A DNA stretch of 64,000 nt from Bacteroidales bacterium. Its GTDB lineage: Bacteria; Bacteroidota; Bacteroidia; Bacteroidales; VadinHA17. Made by a program: the position numbers and the translations under genes. This document shows, piece after piece, positions 38,406 to 48,264 of this stretch (position 1 is the stretch's first letter; each line of letters opens with the position of its first letter). Location: NCBI GenBank assembly GCA_035530515.1, contig DATKUO010000042.1, forward strand, positions 22,945-86,944, in the 5' to 3' direction. The notes under the pieces were generated by a model that saw only the letters and a list, made by a program, of their open reading frames with translations, was not told where the DNA came from and ran no database searches.

Positions 38406-41400
38406 TTGAGATTAGGAATATCATATAAGAATATTCTGGTATTTTCATATCTTGTACTATTCGTTTCTTTCCTATTAAGGTCTACAGAAGCAAGTGGGCA
38501 GACTGCATTGGAGACTATCGGAGCCGCAGATACATCGAGAAAATCATTTCTGAAATTGCAGGATGAATCAGGAATCCCATGGGAATCAAAACAGAAATCA
38601 CCACTTTTTCTCGATAATCCATCAAACATTAAATCATCAGCAAATTATGATCCTGAAAAGAATGAATATATCCTTTATCAGAAAGTTGGTGCATTAGATT
38701 ATCGAACACCAGTCTATATGAGTCCGGCAGAGTTCCGGAAATATGAGTATAGCAGAGCAATGAGCGATTATTGGCAATCTCGTATCTCCGGCAATGAATC
38801 AGGTTTCAGGTCAACACTTATCCCACAGATTGAAGTTGGGGGAGCAGCTTTTGATAAAATATTTGGAAGCAACACAATAAATATTATTCCTCAGGGGTCG
38901 GCAGAACTTATTTTTGGGATAAATATTTCCAAAACTCAAAACCCGACTCTTCCGGTAAAACTCCAGACAATACCAACCTTTGATTTCAAGGAAAAAATAC
39001 AAATGAATGTTACCGGTACAATCGGTGATAAAATGCAGCTGGGTATAAATTACAACACCGATGCCATGTTCGAATTTGAGAACAGGGCTAAACTGCAATA
39101 CGCTGGTAAAGAAGATGAAATTCTCAAAAAAATTGAAGCGGGAGATGTAACACTTCCTCTTTCAGGGACTCTGATCACAGGAAGCTATAGCCTGTTTGGA
39201 CTTAAAACAGAGATGCAATTTGGCAAGCTGACAGTGACAACAGTGCTCTCCCAGCAAAAGGGTGAATCATCAGTAATTGATGTTAAGGGTGGTGCTCAAC
39301 TATCAGAATTTGAGTTGTATGCCGACGAATATGAGGCGAACAGGCATTTCTTCCTTTCGCAATATTTCAGGGATACTTATGATGATGCATTGAAAAACCT
39401 TCCGGTTGTTAGTTCAGGTATTAATATTGAACGGATTGAAGTATGGGTTACAAATAAGTCGAGCCGCTTTGAGGAAGCCAGTAATAGAAATATAGTTGCT
39501 TTTATGGACCTTGCTGAAAACGGAAGCCATATTTTTAATAATGTCCCGGCATTTCAGCAATCCCCGGGTGCCATGATATATCCCGATAATAATGCCAATA
39601 GATTATATGAGCAGCTTACTACCGCTTATGGATTAATAAGAGATGTTGATCAGGTCACAAATACGTTTGACCCATTATATCCGGATTTCCAGATTGGCAG
39701 AGATTTTGAGAAAATTGAGAACGCCAGGAAACTTAATGAAAGAGAATATTATTTCAACAGACAGTTAGGGTATATATCGTTGAACACTTCTCTGAATACT
39801 GATGAAGTACTGGCAGTTGCTTATGAATATACCTTTGGTGGTCAGGTGTTTAAGGTAGGAGAGTTTTCAACTGATGGTATCAGTGCACCACAAACACTGA
39901 TACTTAAACTTCTTAAAGGTACAACCTTAAGCCCCAAATTGCCAACATGGAGTCTGATGATGAAAAACGTATATTCCCTTGGCTCCGGTAAGCTTGAAAG
40001 AAAAGACTTTGAGTTGAACGTTCTTTACCAGGATGATAAGACAGGAAACTCTATCAACTACCTCCCTGAAGGAAAGCTCGAAAATCAGATTCTCCTGCAG
40101 GTCATGAGGCTCGATAACCTGAATTCGCAGCTTGACAGAGAACCAGACGGTTATTTCGATTTTATTGAAGGTGTTACTGTTATGATTGACAGGGGGAAAA
40201 TAATCTTTCCTGTTATTGAACCTTTTGGGAGCCATCTTAAAAGGATGATCGCCGATCCCGGACTGGCCAGCAAATATGTCTTTCAGGAGCTCTATGATTC
40301 AACACAGACAGTTGCCCGTCAGATGGCTGAAAAAAATAAATTCTTACTGACCGGTCAATATTCATCAGAGTCAGGATCAGAGATAAGGCTTAATGCAGCC
40401 AGTATCCCTCAGGGAGCGGTGAAGGTAACAGCAGGTGGAGTGCCTCTGACTGAAAATACTGATTATACTGTTGATTATAATATGGGTACTGTAAGAATAA
40501 TCAACAGTGCCCTTATTGAATCGCAAACACCGATTCAGGTATCATTAGAGAGTAATCAGTTTTTTGGATTTCAGACAAAAACTCTTGTTGGCACGCATCT
40601 TGACTATAGGGTATCAGATAATTTTGATATTGGCGGAACAATCCTTCATCTTACTGAGAGGCCTTATACTCAGAAAGTTAATTTTGGCGAGGAGCCTATA
40701 TCAAATACTATCTGGGGTTTAAATACCTCGTATAAAACCCAATCACAGTTACTTACAAATATTATTGACAAAATACCCCTTCTTGATACTAAAACTCCAT
40801 CAACATTCTCTTTTTTCGGGGAGTTCGCCAATCTGATACCGGGTCATTCAAGGGCGATTTCAAGTGCAGGTAATTCGTATATCGATGACTTTGAAGCCAG
40901 TGAAATACCCCTTGATCTGAAATCGTTTAATGCATGGACCATAGCCAGTATACCACAAGGCCAGGATTTACTTTTCCCCGAAGCAAGGTTGAATAATGAC
41001 CTGGCTAGTGGGTTCAACAGGGCTAAATTAGCCTGGTATGTTATTGACCCTCTTTTTTTAAGAAACGGATCTTCAACCCCCGATTATATTAAGCAACATG
41101 CTGATGAACAATCGAGCCATTTTGTAAGAGAGGTTTACGAAAATGAAATTTTCCCTTACAGAGAAAGCCCAAGTGGAATACCAACAAATATTACAGTTCT
41201 GAACCTTGCCTATTACCCCGATGAAAAAGGACCCTATAATTACGATACCAGTCCTGGAGCATATTCCGGAGGGATGAATGCAAGCGGGAATCTTAATGAT
41301 CCTAAATCAAGATGGGGAGGTATAATGAGGGAGGTGCTCACCAGCGATTTTGAAACTGCTAATATACAGTATGTTAAGTTTTGGGTGATGGATCCATTTG

Positions 41401-44400
41401 TTGAGAATCCTGATCAAGAGGGAGGAGACCTCTATATTAACCTTGGTAATATTTCTGAAGATATATTGCGCGACTCAAGGAAAAGCTTTGAAAATGGACT
41501 CCCCGGATCATCTGTTCCAAAAAATATTGATACTACTGCATGGGGAAGAGTACCCACCATTCAAGCTGTAGTTCATGCTTTTGACAATGCTCCTGAGTCG
41601 AGGTTATATCAGGATGTCGGGCTGGATGGTCTCAGGGATTTAGATGAACAGGAATTTTTCAATGACTATCTTCAGAGATCGTTGCTTATTACAAATCCGG
41701 ATGTATACCAGGAGATTTTTGATGACCCATCTAATGATAATTTTCACTACTTCAGAGGATCAGGTTATGATTTTCAGCAACTTGGGATCCTCGAAAGGTA
41801 TAAAAAGTATAATGGACAGGATGGGAACTCTCCAACTTCGGAAATGTCGAATGAATCATATCCAACTTCCGGATCGACCTTACCTGATATGGAAGACATC
41901 AACCGCGATAATACATTGAGCGAAACGGAAAGCTACTATCAGTACAAGGTTAGTATTCGTCCGGGAGATATAAAAGTGGGATCGAATTACGTTGTCGATG
42001 AGATTGAATATGAAGCGACACTTGCAAATGGTACAAAATCAAAAGTAAAATGGTACCAATTCAAAATTCCTATAACTGAATATCAAAAGATTATTGGTCC
42101 GATTAAAGACTTCAAATCAATCCGTTTTATGAGGATATTTCTTCGTGATTTCGATGAACCAGTTATAATGCGTTTTGCCAAACTCGATCTTGTGAGAGCT
42201 GAATGGAGAAAATATAATATCTCATTTATGGAAGGTGGTGAAAGAGTTACAATCCCAGAGTCCACCGACGGTACATTCGAAATAAGTTCGGTCAGCATTG
42301 AGGAGAATTCAGGTAAAGAACCGGTTAATTACGTTCTCCCTCCGGGTTTCGACAGAATTACTGATCCGCAAAACCCTCAACTGAGACAATTGAACGAACA
42401 GTCAATGGTTCTTAAAGTTCTGAATCTTGAAGATGGAGATGCCAGGGCAGCTTTCAGGAATGTAAATCTCGATATACGGCAATACAGAAGGTTAAGAATG
42501 GAGGTTCATGCTGAAGCTATGATAGGCCAGCCCTTGCAAAATGATGAACTGACAGCTTTCATAAGAATCGGATCGGATTATAAAGGGAACTTTTATGAAT
42601 ATGAAATACCCTTGAAACTTACTCCACCTTCTCCGTCAGGCAAGTATGATAATAAATCGGAAGCACATAGAGAAATTGTTTGGCCAATCGAAAACAGCAT
42701 CAATATTGATCTCTCACTTTTACAGGAAGCTAAACAGGAACGCAACCGCCAGATGCAGGAGCCCGGATCATCATTAAGTGTCTCCGATGTATTTGTGTAT
42801 GCACGCGATGGTGCTCGTGTTTCTATTTCAGGTAATCCTAATCTGAGTAATGTGAGAGTTATTATGATAGGCGTTAGGAATCCTATCAGAACAAGAAATA
42901 TGTTAGTTGATGACGGAAATCCTAAATATGGTGAAGTATGGATTAATGAATTACGCCTAAGCGATTTTATTGAAAACGGGGGATGGGCTGCAAATGCTCA
43001 TTTACAAGCGCGCCTGGCCGACCTGGGTACTGTCGATATGGTGGGACAGACAAGTACCCCCGGATGGGGAAGCATCGAGAAAAAGGTGAATGAACGAAGC
43101 AAGGAGCAGATCATGAAATATGATATTTCATCTAGTATCGAATTAGGGAAATTTTTTCCTGAAGAACTAGGTGTGAGGTTACCTGTTTATGTTGGCTATT
43201 CAGAAACCAGGATCAAACCTCAATATAACCCGCTCGATCCGGATATCCCTTTGCAGGATGCATTAGATGGGGCGATAAATAAGAATGTTAGAGATTCTAT
43301 TAAGGCAATTTCTGAGGATTTCTCGAGGCGGAAAACAATTACAGTAAGTAATGCAGGTATAACAAAACGGGGAGAGAAACCCCATATATGGGACGTGGCG
43401 AACTTAAGTGTGAACTATACATATAATGAAATTTATAGGAGTAATACCAAAACTGAAATTAATCTTGAAAAAAACTACAGAGGAGGTATTAACTATGATT
43501 ACCAGGCACAACCAGCCAATATAATGCCTTTTAAGAGTTTTAGATTCTTAAGTTCCCCGGTCTTTAGGATAATAAAAGACTTTAATTTCTACGCTTTCCC
43601 AAAGAGCTTGTCATTCAGAACAGACCTGAGCCGGTTTTATAATGAAGTTAAAACAAGAAATATTAACAATCCTTATCTGAAGGTTAATCCTTCATTTAGA
43701 AAGGATTTTGAATGGAGCCGAATTTATGATTTTAAATATGATATAACACGGCAGCTGAAATTTGATTTTACAGCGACTAACCTTGCACGAATTGATGAAC
43801 CTTTTGGTGGTGTTGATAAAAAAAGGTATAGTAACAGTTATGATAACTGGCGTGATTCGGTGATGATTAATTTAAGAAATTTTGGAAGGACAACCACCTA
43901 TAATCACTTTATAAATGTAACATACACAGTACCAATAAATAAACTGCCTCTGCTCTCGTGGGTAAATGCTAATGCAAGATATGGAGCCGACTACACATGG
44001 CTTGCCGGCCCTGTTTTTCCTGATAGCATGAACATTAATCTGGGGAACTCGATTAAAAATCATAACGAAATGACCCTGACTGGTATGGCGAACTTGTCAA
44101 CGCTCTATAATAAGTCGAAATTTCTAAAGAAAATTGAGAATAATACTCGTCCCGATGCAGCACAAAGGATGAAAGCTGAATATAAAAAAGTTACATATTC
44201 AAAGAATAATGTGAATTTCAAGGCAGAAGCTGTAAGGGCCATCTATCATAATTTAAAAACGAAGGATGTTAAAGTAAGGGTTGTTGGAAAGGATGGAACA
44301 GAGGTGAAAGGCAAAATGGATATTGTAAATGAGAATAGGGTTAATTTCACTGCGGCGGAAAAGATAGATGGGGCACAGGTGTTTGTCGAGGGGAATGTGA

Positions 44401-45854
44401 AGAAAAACAGGGATCCGTTTACTGTTGCAGGCGAATATTTGATCAGAGCAATGATGGGTGTAAGGTCAGTTAGTCTGACTTATACATCTTCCCAAGGACA
44501 ATTTCTTCCCGGGTATATGCCTGAAACAAAATACATGGGAATGTCGGATAATAATGATCTCCTTGCACCAGGATGGCCTTTTATTCTTGGATACAGTGAC
44601 AAAAGTTTTTTTGATAAAGCTGTTTCAAACGGTTGGCTTTCAACAGATACTTTACTTAATACTCCTGCATTATACAATAATAAACTCGATATTTCAGCGC
44701 GAAGCCTGATCGAACCCTTTCCTGGCTTGAGAATCGATCTTAATGCTGATAGAAGATTTCTTGAAGCTGTAAGCTCTTATTATATTGCTGATTATAATGG
44801 AAATTTCCCCGACAGCACACGAAACCGTATTGTGTCTGGAAATTTCTCAATATCAGTTATTTCATGGGGAACAGCTTTTGAAAAGATATCGAAGGATAAT
44901 GACTATGTATCCCCCACATTTGAAGCTTTTAAGGATAATGCCATTATTATATCGGAAAGGAGAGCTGCAGAACGGCAAAAAATAGACCCGGGTTATGACC
45001 CGAATAGCGATCCAATAACAGGTGATCCGGTTGAAGGACCATATAAAAGTGGATATGGAAGTACATCAAGGGAGGTGTTAATACCTGCGTTTATTGCTGC
45101 TTACACAAAATCAAATCCTGAAAGGGTAGGTCTTGAAACATTCCCGTCGGCATTAAAAATGATGCCTAACTGGAGAATTAATTTTGATGGGTTATCAAAA
45201 TTTGAGTTTGTTCAACGAACATTCAGATCTATAAACTTAACGCATCAGTATAGAAGCACTTATCAGATTGGATCATATACAACAAATATGACTTATGAAG
45301 TGGATGGGAGTGGCATAAACCGGATTCGGGACCTGCAGAACAATTATATACAGCAATATGAAATTAATGTTGTGACAATCAACGAGCAATTCAGTCCGCT
45401 GATAAATGTTGATATGAACTGGAAAAACAGTCTGACAACAAGGTTTGAATGGAGAAAGTCGCGAACAGTTTCTCTTAATCTGACCAGTAACCAAATAGCT
45501 GATGCACGGATTAATGAACTTATTTTCGGAGCAGGATACCGGTTTGACAATGTTCAGATAATTCTTAAAACAGGTGGCAGGCAAAGAGCACTTAAAAGCG
45601 ATTTGAATGTACGGTTCGATCTTTCAATACGCGATAATAAAACTCTTGCACGTAAGTTGGTTGAAAACGTTAACCAGCCGGTTGTAGGACAAAAAGTGTT
45701 TACTATAGGCACAAGTGCTGATTATGTATTGAGCGATAGGTTCAATCTTCAGATATTTGCTGATCATAGCATGAATAATCCATTTGTTGCATCTACTTTT
45801 CCCACTTCAAATACTAACTTCGGGTTCAGCCTTAAGTTTACACTCGTTCAATAG
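38406..45854 (+). CDS. sprA: Type IX secretion translocon SprA/Sov
   Basis: 2482 aa; PQGSAEL, EDEILKKIEAG, SLFG, YIDDFE, EDINRDN and WINELRL; follows ruvA. Confidence 0.95.
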   Translation: MRLGISYKNILVFSYLVLFVSFLLRSTEASGQTALETIGAADTSRKSFLKLQDESGIPWESKQKSPLFLDNPSNIKSSANYDPEKNEYILYQKVGALDYRTPVYMSPAEFRKYEYSRAMSDYWQSRISGNESGFRSTLIPQIEVGGAAFDKIFGSNTINIIPQGSAELIFGINISKTQNPTLPVKLQTIPTFDFKEKIQMNVTGTIGDKMQLGINYNTDAMFEFENRAKLQYAGKEDEILKKIEAGDVTLPLSGTLITGSYSLFGLKTEMQFGKLTVTTVLSQQKGESSVIDVKGGAQLSEFELYADEYEANRHFFLSQYFRDTYDDALKNLPVVSSGINIERIEVWVTNKSSRFEEASNRNIVAFMDLAENGSHIFNNVPAFQQSPGAMIYPDNNANRLYEQLTTAYGLIRDVDQVTNTFDPLYPDFQIGRDFEKIENARKLNEREYYFNRQLGYISLNTSLNTDEVLAVAYEYTFGGQVFKVGEFSTDGISAPQTLILKLLKGTTLSPKLPTWSLMMKNVYSLGSGKLERKDFELNVLYQDDKTGNSINYLPEGKLENQILLQVMRLDNLNSQLDREPDGYFDFIEGVTVMIDRGKIIFPVIEPFGSHLKRMIADPGLASKYVFQELYDSTQTVARQMAEKNKFLLTGQYSSESGSEIRLNAASIPQGAVKVTAGGVPLTENTDYTVDYNMGTVRIINSALIESQTPIQVSLESNQFFGFQTKTLVGTHLDYRVSDNFDIGGTILHLTERPYTQKVNFGEEPISNTIWGLNTSYKTQSQLLTNIIDKIPLLDTKTPSTFSFFGEFANLIPGHSRAISSAGNSYIDDFEASEIPLDLKSFNAWTIASIPQGQDLLFPEARLNNDLASGFNRAKLAWYVIDPLFLRNGSSTPDYIKQHADEQSSHFVREVYENEIFPYRESPSGIPTNITVLNLAYYPDEKGPYNYDTSPGAYSGGMNASGNLNDPKSRWGGIMREVLTSDFETANIQYVKFWVMDPFVENPDQEGGDLYINLGNISEDILRDSRKSFENGLPGSSVPKNIDTTAWGRVPTIQAVVHAFDNAPESRLYQDVGLDGLRDLDEQEFFNDYLQRSLLITNPDVYQEIFDDPSNDNFHYFRGSGYDFQQLGILERYKKYNGQDGNSPTSEMSNESYPTSGSTLPDMEDINRDNTLSETESYYQYKVSIRPGDIKVGSNYVVDEIEYEATLANGTKSKVKWYQFKIPITEYQKIIGPIKDFKSIRFMRIFLRDFDEPVIMRFAKLDLVRAEWRKYNISFMEGGERVTIPESTDGTFEISSVSIEENSGKEPVNYVLPPGFDRITDPQNPQLRQLNEQSMVLKVLNLEDGDARAAFRNVNLDIRQYRRLRMEVHAEAMIGQPLQNDELTAFIRIGSDYKGNFYEYEIPLKLTPPSPSGKYDNKSEAHREIVWPIENSINIDLSLLQEAKQERNRQMQEPGSSLSVSDVFVYARDGARVSISGNPNLSNVRVIMIGVRNPIRTRNMLVDDGNPKYGEVWINELRLSDFIENGGWAANAHLQARLADLGTVDMVGQTSTPGWGSIEKKVNERSKEQIMKYDISSSIELGKFFPEELGVRLPVYVGYSETRIKPQYNPLDPDIPLQDALDGAINKNVRDSIKAISEDFSRRKTITVSNAGITKRGEKPHIWDVANLSVNYTYNEIYRSNTKTEINLEKNYRGGINYDYQAQPANIMPFKSFRFLSSPVFRIIKDFNFYAFPKSLSFRTDLSRFYNEVKTRNINNPYLKVNPSFRKDFEWSRIYDFKYDITRQLKFDFTATNLARIDEPFGGVDKKRYSNSYDNWRDSVMINLRNFGRTTTYNHFINVTYTVPINKLPLLSWVNANARYGADYTWLAGPVFPDSMNINLGNSIKNHNEMTLTGMANLSTLYNKSKFLKKIENNTRPDAAQRMKAEYKKVTYSKNNVNFKAEAVRAIYHNLKTKDVKVRVVGKDGTEVKGKMDIVNENRVNFTAAEKIDGAQVFVEGNVKKNRDPFTVAGEYLIRAMMGVRSVSLTYTSSQGQFLPGYMPETKYMGMSDNNDLLAPGWPFILGYSDKSFFDKAVSNGWLSTDTLLNTPALYNNKLDISARSLIEPFPGLRIDLNADRRFLEAVSSYYIADYNGNFPDSTRNRIVSGNFSISVISWGTAFEKISKDNDYVSPTFEAFKDNAIIISERRAAERQKIDPGYDPNSDPITGDPVEGPYKSGYGSTSREVLIPAFIAAYTKSNPERVGLETFPSALKMMPNWRINFDGLSKFEFVQRTFRSINLTHQYRSTYQIGSYTTNMTYEVDGSGINRIRDLQNNYIQQYEINVVTINEQFSPLINVDMNWKNSLTTRFEWRKSRTVSLNLTSNQIADARINELIFGAGYRFDNVQIILKTGGRQRALKSDLNVRFDLSIRDNKTLARKLVENVNQPVVGQKVFTIGTSADYVLSDRFNLQIFADHSMNNPFVASTFPTSNTNFGFSLKFTLVQ

Positions 45855-45912
45855 CAATAATTGATCAGGTGAATTATTCTTTTATTGACTTATCGCAATC
45901 AGGTACAAAAAC

Positions 45913-45966
45913 TCATTGATTTTATTCGTTTACCCCGACCCCATAGGGAGCGAATAAAATCAATGA
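45913..45966. repeat. Perfect 16-bp inverted repeat with 22-nt spacer
   Basis: TCATTGATTTTATTCG / CGAATAAAATCAATGA. Confidence 0.8.
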
Positions 45967-46075
45967 CTCTACCTTAAAATAAATGACCTATGAGTTGAAT
46001 TAATCAAACCATTTTCTCTATTTTTGAATAGAATCCATTGAGATTTTTTTTGTTTTTCAAATGAAATAGATATAT

Positions 46076-47599
46076 ATGAAAAGATCAAAACCACGTTTAA
46101 CCTTCTGGCAGATCTGGAACATGAGTTTTGGATTTCTTGGAATACAGTTTGGATTTGCACTTCAAAATGCAAATGTCAGCAGGATCTTTGAAACACTTGG
46201 AGCTAAAGTAGAAAATATTCCGATTTTGTGGATCGCGGCACCAGTCACAGGGCTTATAATTCAACCGATAATAGGACATATGAGTGATAACACCTGGAAC
46301 AAGCTCGGACGGCGGCGTCCTTATTTTCTTTTTGGTGCTATCCTTGCATCTCTTGCGTTACTTATTATGCCAAATTCACCTGCACTATGGATAGCGGCAG
46401 GAATGCTCTGGATAATGGATGCTTCGATTAACATATCAATGGAACCATTCAGAGCTTTTGTTGGTGATATGCTGCCTTCAGAACAACGGACAGCAGGTTT
46501 TGCAACCCAGAGCTTTTTTATTGGTACAGGAGCTGTTATTGCATCATTATTGCCTTACGTGCTTACAAACTGGTTTCATGTTGAAAATACTGCTCCCGCC
46601 GGACAAATACCATTATCGGTAAAACTGTCTTTTTACATTGGGGGAGCTGTTTTTATTTCCGCAGTGCTATGGACTATTATCAGAACTAAAGAGTACTCTC
46701 CGGAGGAACTACGTGAATTTTCGACAGAAAATAAACTGATAGAGAATGATGAGGTGGATTCTGTAAAATCACTTGGCACCGCAGCATTTTTAAAGAGAGG
46801 AGTTTATTGGATCGCAGCGGGATTGGTAATAAGTCTTATAATATTCTTCTATTCGCTTGAAAAAGAATTATATATTTTGTCTGTTGGGATAGGAATTTTT
46901 GGAATGATTCAGATCATTACCGGCCTGCTAATCTCGAGTGGAAATGTAAATAACGGGTTAGTAATTGTATTGAGAGATCTCTTCGTAATGCCAAAGACCA
47001 TGGGGCAACTGGCTGTCGTACAGTTTTTTTCGTGGTTTGCCCTTTTCTCTATGTGGATATATACAACCTCAGCAGTAACAAGTCACATATATGGCACAAA
47101 CGATCCAACGAGTGAACTGTATAACCAGGGTGCAAACTGGGTTGGTGTTCTCTTTGCTGTTTATAATGGCTTTGCGGCATTGGTTGCATTTCTGCTCCCT
47201 GTCATTGCAAAACTGACAAACAGACGTATTACTCATTCTATATGTCTTGTTGCAGGAGGACTTGGGTTGCTATCCATTATCCTGTTCCACAGTCCGGGAA
47301 TGTTAATAATATCCATGCTTGGTATTGGCCTTGCCTGGGCAAGTATTCTTGCAATGCCTTATGCAATACTTACAGGATCACTCCCTGTAAATAAGATGGG
47401 GACCTATATGGGTATTTTTAACTTTTTTATAGTCATACCTCAGATACTGGCAGCAAGCATCCTTGGCTTTCTGGTCAGAGATCTTTTTGGAGGAGAGAGC
47501 ATTTACGCCCTGGTAGCAGGAGGAATTTCTTTATTCATTGCTGCTCTCCTAATTCTGTTTGTGAATGATGTGGATGAAGAAAAATCAAAAAAAATGTGA
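46076..47599 (+). CDS. MFS sugar transporter (GPH/SLC45-like, probable maltose permease)
   Basis: QIWNMSFGFLGIQFGFALQ, GRRRPY and MGIFNFFIVIPQ; maltose gene context. Confidence 0.9.
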   Translation: MKRSKPRLTFWQIWNMSFGFLGIQFGFALQNANVSRIFETLGAKVENIPILWIAAPVTGLIIQPIIGHMSDNTWNKLGRRRPYFLFGAILASLALLIMPNSPALWIAAGMLWIMDASINISMEPFRAFVGDMLPSEQRTAGFATQSFFIGTGAVIASLLPYVLTNWFHVENTAPAGQIPLSVKLSFYIGGAVFISAVLWTIIRTKEYSPEELREFSTENKLIENDEVDSVKSLGTAAFLKRGVYWIAAGLVISLIIFFYSLEKELYILSVGIGIFGMIQIITGLLISSGNVNNGLVIVLRDLFVMPKTMGQLAVVQFFSWFALFSMWIYTTSAVTSHIYGTNDPTSELYNQGANWVGVLFAVYNGFAALVAFLLPVIAKLTNRRITHSICLVAGGLGLLSIILFHSPGMLIISMLGIGLAWASILAMPYAILTGSLPVNKMGTYMGIFNFFIVIPQILAASILGFLVRDLFGGESIYALVAGGISLFIAALLILFVNDVDEEKSKKM

Positions 47600-48264
47600 T
47601 GTTGAATAGTGCATGTATTTTCGATCTTGACGGTGTAATTGTTGATACTGCCAAGTACCATTTTATGGCTTGGAAAAGACTGGCCGATCAACTTGGGATT
47701 CACTTTACAGAAAATGATAATGAACAGCTTAAGGGGGTAAGCCGGATAGATTCTCTGGAGATAATACTCGATATTGGAAACAGGAAACTGAACCAGCAAC
47801 AAAAAAATGAATATGCAACACTCAAGAATAATTGGTATGTAGAATATATAAGTAAGATGACTCCGGATGAAATTCTTCCTGGGTGCCTCGAGTTTATTAA
47901 CGAACTCAGAAATGCAGGTATCCCTGTTGCAATCGGATCGGCAAGTAAAAACACTCCGATGATACTTAACAAGGTTGGTATTAAGAATCTGTTTGATGCT
48001 GTGGTAGACGGTAATGTAGTAAGTAAAGCTAAGCCAGACCCGGAGGTTTTTATAAAAGCTGCAAATATGGTTGGCGTTGAACCTGTAAACTGTTTCGTTT
48101 TTGAGGATGCACTTGCTGGTGTGCAGGCTGCCATTAATGCAGGAATGATGTGTGTTGGAATAGGCTCTGCACAGGTCTTGACAAAGGCACATCTTGTCGT
48201 GTCAGGATTAAATGAGATGAGCCTGGAAAAATTAAAAACTATAGAAAGAGATATTCGGTTATGA
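47596..48264 (+). CDS. pgmB: Beta-phosphoglucomutase
   Basis: FDLDGVIVDTA, SASKN, KPDPEVF and FEDA. Confidence 0.93.
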   Translation: MMLNSACIFDLDGVIVDTAKYHFMAWKRLADQLGIHFTENDNEQLKGVSRIDSLEIILDIGNRKLNQQQKNEYATLKNNWYVEYISKMTPDEILPGCLEFINELRNAGIPVAIGSASKNTPMILNKVGIKNLFDAVVDGNVVSKAKPDPEVFIKAANMVGVEPVNCFVFEDALAGVQAAINAGMMCVGIGSAQVLTKAHLVVSGLNEMSLEKLKTIERDIRL